The notes under the pieces were generated by a model. It was given only the letters and a program-made list of their open reading frames with translations. It was not told the origin of the DNA and searched no databases. DNA of 24,000 bases from Sulfurifustaceae bacterium (lineage in GTDB: Bacteria; Pseudomonadota; Gammaproteobacteria; Acidiferrobacterales; Sulfurifustaceae): contig JBGPKL010000005.1 of assembly GCA_041485885.1 (NCBI GenBank), forward strand, positions 19,343 through 43,342, read 5' to 3'. This document shows, one piece after another, positions 16,460-24,000 of the stretch (position 1 is the first letter of the stretch; every line of letters begins with the position of its first letter). The position numbers were made by a program, and so were the translations under genes.

Positions 16460-16553
16460 TGGCGGAGAGAGAGGGATTCGAACCCTCGATGGGACTTTTG
16501 ACCCCATACTCCCTTAGCAGGGGAGCGCCTTCGACCAACTCGGCCATCTCTCC
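16460..16553 (-). tRNA. tRNA-Ser (anticodon GCT), 94 nt with a long variable arm and encoded CCA.
   Basis: The reverse complement is GGAGAGATGGCCGAGTTGGTCGAAGGCGCTCCCCTGCTAAGGGAGTATGGGGTCAAAAGTCCCATCGAGGGTTCGAATCCCTCTCTCTCCGCCA. The anticodon loop is CTGCTAA and the T-arm GAGGG-TTCGAAT-CCCTC. Confidence 0.95.
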
Positions 16554-16610
16554 TTTACGTACGGCAGCAAGCATACCCGCTGCTGCCGGTAACGTAAAGG
16601 AAACCGGGGG

Positions 16611-16829
16611 TTAGCCCTTGCCCTGTTCGGTTGCCGCGCGTGGTTGGTGCACGATGCCGGCTTCTTTTTCTTTTTTGATGCGCTCGTAGATTTCTTCTCG
16701 ATGGACCGGGATCTCTTTGGGCGCATTCACTCCGATCCGGACTTGGTTGCCCTTTATGCCAAGCACCGTCACTTGAACGTCGTCACCGATGTTCAGCGTC
16801 TCTCCAATGCGTCTAGTTAAAATCAGCAT
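16611..16829 (-). CDS. csrA: Carbon storage regulator CsrA/RsmA.
   Basis: [51 protein letters not shown] is the canonical CsrA sequence. AAGGAG lies upstream. Confidence 0.95.
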   Translation of the reverse strand: MLILTRRIGETLNIGDDVQVTVLGIKGNQVRIGVNAPKEIPVHREEIYERIKKEKEAGIVHQPRAATEQGKG

Positions 16830-17095
16830 TCGCTGTACTCCTTTTTTAGTCGCTCCGTCTCAATGCAATATCCCTACTTACCCTACCATAGCCCCGTCGC
16901 CCTCCGGACGACGTACACCTCGAGTCCTAACCCGAGTGAATGCACGAGCACCGCTCGGGACAACGCATCGGACGCTAAGTTAAGGATCTTGTTAGAAAAG
17001 CCTGTGACCCTTTAACCTACGCGGACCCGCCGCCATACGCACTGCCAAACTATGCACCTTCCGTGCCAGTCTGCCTCACCGCTTGCCCCAGCCAG

Positions 17096-18355
17096 CTAGC
17101 GCGATGCGTTTTCAATCTTACGCTTGCCCGGCTCCGCGGTCGGTCGACCCAGCCCGAATGCATCATGCAACGCCCGCACCCCAAGCTCAAGATATTTTTC
17201 ATCCACAACGACGGAAATCTTGATCTCGGAGGTCGAGATCATCTGAATGTTGATCCCCTCGTCCGCCAGCGCTTGGAACATCGTGCTCGCGATACCCGCA
17301 TGCGAGCGCATGCCGACGCCCACTATCGAAATCTTGACGATCTTGTCGTCTCCGCTGACTTCGCGGGCTTTCAACACCTGAGCCACCTGCCGCAAGATTT
17401 CGATCGCCTTTTCGTAGTCGCTGCGATGTACCGTAAAGGTAAAGTCGGTAGTGCCGTCGGCTCCGACGTTTTGCACGATCATGTCGACATTAATGTTGGC
17501 CTTGCCGACGTCTCCGAGTATTCGCGCCGCGATACCCGGGCGGTCGGGTACGCCGCGAATCGTGAGCTTGGCCTCGTCTCGGTTGAACGCTATACCCGAT
17601 ATCAGCGGCGCTTCCATATCCGTTTCCTCATACGCAATTAATGTTCCGGGACCGTCCTCGAACGATGACAGCACCCGAAGTGGAACTTTATATTTGCCGG
17701 CGAACTCGACCGAGCGAATCTGAAGCACCTTGGCGCCGAGGCTCGCCATCTCGAGCATCTCTTCATCGGTGATGTGATCGAGGCGCCGCGCGGTCGGAAC
17801 GATTCGTGGATCGGTCGTATAGACACCGTCCACGTCCGTATAGATTTGGCACTCGTCCGCTCCGAGCGCGGCAGCCATAGCGACGGCCGTAGTGTCGGAA
17901 CCGCCGCGGCCGAGTGTCGTAATGTCGCCTTCCTCGTCGACGCCTTGAAAGCCCGCCACAACCACAACCCGTCCCTTCTTGAGATCGTCGCGCACGCGCT
18001 TATCGTCGATATCCAAGATGCGCGCCTTTCCATGAGCGTTATCCGTGCGTATGTGCACCTGATGACCGGTGTAAGAGCGCGCCGGCACACCCAAGCGTTC
18101 GAGCGCCATGCTGAGAAGCGCGATCGTCGTCTGTTCGCCCGTCGCCAACAACACGTCGAGCTCTCTCGCCGGCGGCTCCGGGTGCAACGCCTTCGCGAGT
18201 TCGATCAGGCGGTCCGTCTCGCCGCTCATCGCGGACACGACAACAACCAAGTCGTTGCCGGCGGCCCGCGCGCGCGCCACTTTCTGCGCCACTGCGTTAA
18301 TGCGATCGGGGCCGCCCACCGAGGTGCCACCGTATTTTTGGACGATCAATGCCAT
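17096..18355 (-). CDS. lysC: Aspartate kinase.
   Basis: The start at ATG 18355 gives MALIVQKYGGTSVG (kinase N-terminus), followed by VVVSAMSGETD, GRGGSDTTA and two C-terminal ACT-type repeats. The 27-codon upstream extension in the ORF track is unlikely to be translated. Confidence 0.93.
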   Translation of the reverse strand: MALIVQKYGGTSVGGPDRINAVAQKVARARAAGNDLVVVVSAMSGETDRLIELAKALHPEPPARELDVLLATGEQTTIALLSMALERLGVPARSYTGHQVHIRTDNAHGKARILDIDDKRVRDDLKKGRVVVVAGFQGVDEEGDITTLGRGGSDTTAVAMAAALGADECQIYTDVDGVYTTDPRIVPTARRLDHITDEEMLEMASLGAKVLQIRSVEFAGKYKVPLRVLSSFEDGPGTLIAYEETDMEAPLISGIAFNRDEAKLTIRGVPDRPGIAARILGDVGKANINVDMIVQNVGADGTTDFTFTVHRSDYEKAIEILRQVAQVLKAREVSGDDKIVKISIVGVGMRSHAGIASTMFQALADEGINIQMISTSEIKISVVVDEKYLELGVRALHDAFGLGRPTAEPGKRKIENASR

Positions 18356-18445
18356 GGAAAACAACGTGTACGGAGTGAGTCCACAGATTAAACAGGCTTT
18401 CCTTCTATGAGTAAACAGACGAAACGCGGCAGACATCCACGGGCG

Positions 18446-21406
18446 CTAAAGACGAGAGCTCACCCACTCGGAAACCGCTTTCAACGCGCGCTCGAGCCCC
18501 GCCGGATCGTTACCTCCCGCCTGCGCCATGTCCGCCCGTCCGCCGCCTTTGCCACCGATTTGCGCCGCCACGTGATTCACTAGTTCCCCGGCGTTTACGC
18601 GCGTCGTTAGATCCTTAGTCACTCCGGCGATTAGACTCACCTTGCCGTCCTGGATCGATGCCAACACGATGGCAGCGGGCGCGAGCTTGTCTTTATAGTG
18701 GTCCACGGCCTCGCGCAACACTTTTACATCCGCCCCATCCAACTGAGCCGCGAGCACGCGCACGCCTTTGATTTCTTCGACCTGGTCGAGCAATGACGTT
18801 CCGCCGCCGCTCGCGAGCTTCGCCTTCGTCTGTTCGAGTTCCTTCTCGAGACTCTTCGAGCGCGCTTGCAACTGCTGAACCTTGTCGACCACCGAGGCGC
18901 GGTCGGCTTTGAGCAGGCGCGCGATGTTGTCCAGCTGCTCTTGCTGCCTACGTATCCATGCTTCGGCGCCCGGACCGGTAACAGCCTCGATGCGACGTAC
19001 GCCGGCGGCGACGCCGCCTTCGGAAACGATCTTGAAGAGCCCGATGTCGCCGGTACGGCGCACGTGCGTACCGCCGCAAAGCTCGACCGAGAAATCGCTC
19101 AAGCGCAGCACGCGCACTTTCTCTTCGTACTTCTCGTCGAACAGCGCCATGGCGCCGCTCGCCTTCGCTTGCTCGAGATCCATCAAGCGCGTCTCCGCCT
19201 CATGATTAGCGCGAATCTGCTCGTTTACCAGATCCTCGACGCGCTGCAATTCTTCCGTTGTCAGTGGCTGCGGATGCGAAAAGTCGAAACGCAGATAGTC
19301 AGGATGCACCAGCGACCCTTTCTGGGTAACGTGCCGTCCCAACACCTGCTGTAGCGCGGCGTGCAACAGATGCGTCGCCGAATGGTTGAGACGAATCTTT
19401 TGGCGACGCTCCTGGTCCACGACCGTCTCCACGCGATCGTCTACACGGATTTGACCCTTCTCAACTCGTCCCTGGTGGACGTAAACTTGTCCGCGCTTCT
19501 GCGTGTCTTCGACCTGAAACACAGCGCCACCCACACGCAATACACCTCGATCACCGACCTGACCGCCGGATTCGGCGTAAAACGGCGTTCTGTCGAGGAC
19601 GATATTTCCTTGCTCGCCTGCGCTGAGGGCACCCGCCTGAGCAAGGTCCGCTCCGCGTGTTATCTGCAACACCTTACCCTCATCACGTAGGCGTTCGTAG
19701 CCAGTAAATTGCGTTGGGTGATCAACGGTAACGGCACCGATCTCAATCAATTTGAACACCGAAGCCGCACGGGCCCGTTCGCGTTGCGCTTTCATCTCGT
19801 GCTCGAAACCAGCCATGTCGATTTTCACATTGCGCTCCAGGGCGACATCGCGCGTGAGATCCACGGGGAAGCCATAGGTGTCGTAGAGCTTGAAAACTAC
19901 ACTGCCACTTAACGGCAACTGTTTCGGATCAAGCACGTCACAAGTGATCGATATTTTCTTCGAATCTGGGATGCTAATACCAGAAAATGCTTTACGCACT
20001 TGCTCATGCATCTCGGGAGCAACGAGAAACACCAACCGAAGCGAAATAGTTTCGTCGCCACGCGCTGCTGCGATTCGCTGCTCAATCTCTCGGTTGGCCT
20101 CGGACGCCACAAAGGCGCTTATATTGCGACCCGTCGGTACGGAGATTATCTCCCAGTATTGGCGGTCGGTTTCATTGTCGCTACGTGATGTAAATAGCAA
20201 TGAAGCCTTCCCGGATTTTGGCACCGCGCTGTGAAAATGTTTGAGACCTGATGAATGACTCTCAGCATATGTGGAAGATCTGGCCTCATCCGAAAGCTCT
20301 GATTCCAATATTTGCAGACCTTGAGACAACGTCTCGGTGAAGCGCTCTTCTTCCTGCTTAAGCACGCCCTCAATCTGCGAGCGCTCACTATTCAGTTCCG
20401 GATATGCGCCACCCATCTGCTCACATAGCGGTCCGACCAATTTATAAAAGAAGGTTTCGGTTGCACCGACCTTGTGACCGTGCCGAACCGCGCGCCGAAT
20501 GATGCGACGCAAGACGTAGCCGCGGCTTTCGTTCGACGGAAACACACCGTCGGCGATGAGAACCGCGGCTGCGCGGATATGATCGGCAATCACGTTGAGC
20601 GAAGGGTTCTTGAGATCTCGCGTCCCGATAATCTCCGCCGCCGCTTCGCGCAGTGCCTGGAACAGATCGATATCGTAGTTGCTGTGCACGCCCTGCATCA
20701 CGGCGGCGAGCCGCTCCAATCCCATGCCGGTGTCGACAGATGGCTTCGGCAACGGCGTGAGTTTCCCGTCACGGTCGCGGTTGTACTGCATGAAGACGAG
20801 GTTCCAGAGCTCGACGTACCGATCGCCGTCCTCGTCCGGACTTCCGGGCGGACCGCCGCCGATGCCCGGGCCGTGGTCGTAGAAGATCTCGCTGCAGGGG
20901 CCGCAGGGACCGGTGTCGCCCATCGACCAGAAATTCGACGCTTCGCCCAAGCGGCCGAAGCGTTTCGGATCGACCTCGATCTCCTTCAGCCAGACGTCGG
21001 CGGCTTCGTCGTCGTCGGTGTAAACCGTTACCCACAACCGCTCGGGCGCTAGGCGCAGCTCCTTAGTCAGGAATTCCCAGGCGTACTGAATCGCCTCGCG
21101 CTTAAAATAATCGCCGAAGCTGAAATTACCGAGCATCTCGAAAAAAGTATGATGTCGCGCGGTGTAACCCACGTTCTCAAGATCGTTGTGCTTACCGCCC
21201 GCGCGCACGCATTTCTGACTGCTCGCCGCGCGTGCGTAAGATCGTTTGTCGGTTCCCAAGAAGACATCTTTGAATTGCACCATGCCCGCATTGGTAAAAA
21301 GCAGCGTCGGATCCTTTGCGGGCACGAGCGAGCTGCTCGAAACGACCTGATGGCCATTCCGCTTGAAGTAGTCGAGGAAGACGTTGCGTATTTCGTTACT
21401 TGTCAT
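18446..21406 (-). CDS. alaS: Alanine--tRNA ligase, 986 aa, carrying a ~122-aa in-frame insertion.
   Basis: The start at 21406 gives [22 protein letters not shown]. Also present are [36 protein letters not shown], the editing-domain HSATHLLH and CGGTH motifs, and a C-Ala domain ending [12 protein letters not shown]. Confidence 0.95.
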   Translation of the reverse strand: MTSNEIRNVFLDYFKRNGHQVVSSSSLVPAKDPTLLFTNAGMVQFKDVFLGTDKRSYARAASSQKCVRAGGKHNDLENVGYTARHHTFFEMLGNFSFGDYFKREAIQYAWEFLTKELRLAPERLWVTVYTDDDEAADVWLKEIEVDPKRFGRLGEASNFWSMGDTGPCGPCSEIFYDHGPGIGGGPPGSPDEDGDRYVELWNLVFMQYNRDRDGKLTPLPKPSVDTGMGLERLAAVMQGVHSNYDIDLFQALREAAAEIIGTRDLKNPSLNVIADHIRAAAVLIADGVFPSNESRGYVLRRIIRRAVRHGHKVGATETFFYKLVGPLCEQMGGAYPELNSERSQIEGVLKQEEERFTETLSQGLQILESELSDEARSSTYAESHSSGLKHFHSAVPKSGKASLLFTSRSDNETDRQYWEIISVPTGRNISAFVASEANREIEQRIAAARGDETISLRLVFLVAPEMHEQVRKAFSGISIPDSKKISITCDVLDPKQLPLSGSVVFKLYDTYGFPVDLTRDVALERNVKIDMAGFEHEMKAQRERARAASVFKLIEIGAVTVDHPTQFTGYERLRDEGKVLQITRGADLAQAGALSAGEQGNIVLDRTPFYAESGGQVGDRGVLRVGGAVFQVEDTQKRGQVYVHQGRVEKGQIRVDDRVETVVDQERRQKIRLNHSATHLLHAALQQVLGRHVTQKGSLVHPDYLRFDFSHPQPLTTEELQRVEDLVNEQIRANHEAETRLMDLEQAKASGAMALFDEKYEEKVRVLRLSDFSVELCGGTHVRRTGDIGLFKIVSEGGVAAGVRRIEAVTGPGAEAWIRRQQEQLDNIARLLKADRASVVDKVQQLQARSKSLEKELEQTKAKLASGGGTSLLDQVEEIKGVRVLAAQLDGADVKVLREAVDHYKDKLAPAAIVLASIQDGKVSLIAGVTKDLTTRVNAGELVNHVAAQIGGKGGGRADMAQAGGNDPAGLERALKAVSEWVSSRL

Positions 21407-21546
21407 CACTTCACATATAGACAATTTCGATCGTCTGGGTGGCGAGGACAACGGGCGCGAGGTCGAATTTAAGCCCCAAAAGGGCGAAATCGCTTACCTC
21501 CTAAGTCCATCGTTCCGCAAGCGCTTGATGGAATTCGCGCTTCGCC

Positions 21547-22013
21547 TCAATCGTGGCTACGCAGTCGTAACACGAGTTGGATCTGCTCGTAAGTAAAGCC
21601 GCGGTACTGAAGAAATCGCGCCTGCTTGGCGCGCTCCTCAAAGCGGCGTGGCGGTTGGTCCCCGAATTTTTTGCGCCGTACGCGTTCGATCTCGTCGATC
21701 CAATCGCCGTTACGGATATCGACGCTACGATCAACCGCTTCCGCGGCTAATCCTTTGTCGGAAAGCTCCTTGCGAATCCGCACCGGGCCGTAGCCGCGGC
21801 GGCGGCGGCTGCGCACCAATGTTTCAGCGAAGCGCTCATCGGACAGCACGCCCTGCGCAATTAAAGCGCTTGTCACCTCGCTCGCTACTTCCGGCGGACA
21901 TCCTTTACGTTCGAGCTTGGCAACGACCTCGCTCTGACTGTGCTCGCGCCGCGCGAGCCAGACGATGACGAGCTGTCGCGCCTTCGCGGCATCGATGGCC
22001 GGCGCACGACGGC

Positions 22014-22017
<4 letters not shown>
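21547..22017 (-). CDS. recX: Recombination regulator RecX. The start is uncertain: the homologous reading frame begins at a CTG overlapping the recA stop, and the first canonical start is GTG 21876.
   Basis: The track ORF (109 aa from GTG 21876) covers only the C-terminal two thirds. The same frame upstream reads [47 protein letters not shown], which is RecX repeat-1-like. It is closed by a TGA at 22021-22023. The full frame is 156 codons, a typical RecX length. Confidence 0.8.
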
Positions 22018-23054
<1,037 letters not shown>

Positions 23055-23264
23055 AAAGTGTCTCCCGCGGATAGACCGCTTAATCGATTAAACAACGTGA
23101 CGCACGGGGATGCGAGCCGAACGATTATTCCACAATTTTTGCAGGCGAGCCTAGTCCTGCAGCACGAAAGTCCTCGCCGATTGCGTTCCTAACGCGAACC
23201 CGCTAGCGTTACCGTCCGCCACGTGCTCTCGACTGGCTCCGATCAGCCTTTTTTGCTGCGCGCC

Positions 23265-24000
23265 GTGAATCTACCCCGCAATCCCACCCGATCCGTCCGC
23301 ATCGGCTCGATCATCGTCGGCGCCGGTCATCCGATCGCCGTACAAAGCATGTGCGCGACGCATACGCAGGACATCGATGCGACCGTCGCACAGATCAACG
23401 ACCTTGCGGCGGCCGGCGCCGACGTGGTTCGCGTCGCGGTCGACAATATAAAGGATGCCGCGGCGCTCGCCGCGATACGCTCGCAGACTGAAGCGAACCT
23501 TTCCGCGGATCTGCAGGAAAACTACCGCATGGCCGAGCGCGTGGCGCCGCACGTCGACAAGCTGCGCTACAACCCCGGTCACCTCTATCATCACGAGCGG
23601 CGCAAACCCTGGCAGGACAAGGTGCGCTATCTGGTCGATATCGCCGGGGAGCGCGATTGCGCGCTGCGGGTCGGTGTCAATTGCGGATCGGTGGACCCCG
23701 CCAAAGCGGAGAAATACGCGCCCGACGATCGCCTCTCGCCGATGCTCGAGAGCGCGCTCGACCATTGCGAGCTGCTCGATAAACTCGGTTTCACGCGCTA
23801 TTGCGTGTCGCTCAAGGATTCCGATCCGAACGAGGTGATCGAGGTCAACCGTCGCTTCGCTGCCGAGCGCGCCGACGTTCCATTGCACTTGGGCGTGACC
23901 GAGGCCGGGCTTCCGCCGGACGGCGTCATCAAGACGCGCATCGCTTTCGAGCAGCTCATCAGTCAAGGGATCGGCGATACGATTCGCGTGTCGCTCACGG
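23265..24000 (+). CDS. ispG: 4-hydroxy-3-methylbut-2-en-1-yl diphosphate synthase IspG/GcpE. This is the N-terminal part; it continues past the window end.
   Basis: My own translation from GTG 23265 gives ...[51 protein letters not shown]...LRYNPGHL...LRVGVNCGS...[10 protein letters not shown]...[11 protein letters not shown]. This matches IspG motifs (PIxVQSM, DIVRV, RINPGN, LHLGxTEAG, GIGDTxRVSL). The start codon is uncertain, with an in-frame TTG at 23253. The minus-strand ORF 23271..23966 is its antisense shadow. Confidence 0.85.
   Translation, partial: MNLPRNPTRSVRIGSIIVGAGHPIAVQSMCATHTQDIDATVAQINDLAAAGADVVRVAVDNIKDAAALAAIRSQTEANLSADLQENYRMAERVAPHVDKLRYNPGHLYHHERRKPWQDKVRYLVDIAGERDCALRVGVNCGSVDPAKAEKYAPDDRLSPMLESALDHCELLDKLGFTRYCVSLKDSDPNEVIEVNRRFAAERADVPLHLGVTEAGLPPDGVIKTRIAFEQLISQGIGDTIRVSLT

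Noticed and set aside
16111-16614. ORFs 16111..16392(-) and 16399..16614(+).
   Set aside because: They are read through the tRNA-Arg and tRNA-Ser genes, so they are artefacts.
19890-20234. A 114-codon plus-strand ORF antisense to the alaS insertion, which might be a nested gene carried by the insert.
   Set aside because: It has a TTG start, no SD, and Ser/Cys/Arg-rich low-plausibility sequence. It extends beyond the insert into conserved alaS sequence. It deserves a check only if the insert proves mobile.
19925-20290. Intein, or group I/II intron, as the explanation for the alaS insertion.
   Set aside because: For an intein, there is no nucleophile at the N-junction, no HN plus Cys/Ser/Thr at the C-junction, and no recognisable splicing blocks. 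For an intron, 366 nt kept open in frame argues for translation, and I see no group II domain V-like or group I P7-like hallmarks. RNA-level removal is not formally excluded.
23271-23966. A 231-aa minus-strand ORF, plus ORF 23455..23838(+).
   Set aside because: These are antisense or off-frame shadows of ispG, whose plus-strand frame carries all the IspG motifs.

Overview
High-GC proteobacterial chromosome segment, about 58-63% GC in the housekeeping genes I hand-counted. It has three parts.

(1) Positions 1-8504. The start of an archaeal-type SAM synthetase sits at the left edge. A heavy-metal resistance cluster follows: a decayed CusS/CzcS-like sensor kinase remnant, a His-rich CDF transporter, and a minus-strand operon. 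The operon runs 131-aa Cys-containing membrane/secreted protein, TolC-like OMP, CusB-like adaptor, CusA-like RND pump, then a small secreted Cys/His/Met protein.

(2) Positions ~8505-16305. This is a lower-GC, gene-fragment-rich accessory segment that ends at the 3' end of a tRNA-Arg(ACG). From left to right it holds:
- an AT-rich junction with orphan gene fragments;
- a membrane-anchored NERD nuclease, an XRE regulator and two unknown proteins;
- a plasmid-type tyrosine recombinase;
- a ~1.2 kb stretch with no credible ORF;
- a ParM-like gene with an internal deletion and a frameshift;
- a small ParR-position ORF and a DUF4224-like gene;
- a phage-type integrase with a 1-nt frameshift.

(3) Positions 16306-24000. 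This is the conserved core block: tRNA-Arg, tRNA-Ser, csrA, lysC, alaS, recX, recA (all minus strand) and the start of ispG (plus strand).

Most notable observations:
- alaS carries an in-frame, ~122-codon, ~50% GC insertion with no counterpart in canonical AlaRS and no intein signature.
- The NERD/XRE/unknown gene module sits on the island.
- The CusB-like adaptor lacks the lipoyl and alpha-hairpin region.
- recX homology begins upstream of any canonical start codon, at a CTGA overlap with the recA stop.

No CRISPR array, rRNA or intact IS element was seen. All similarity statements come from reading the translations against family motifs I remember. No database search was run.
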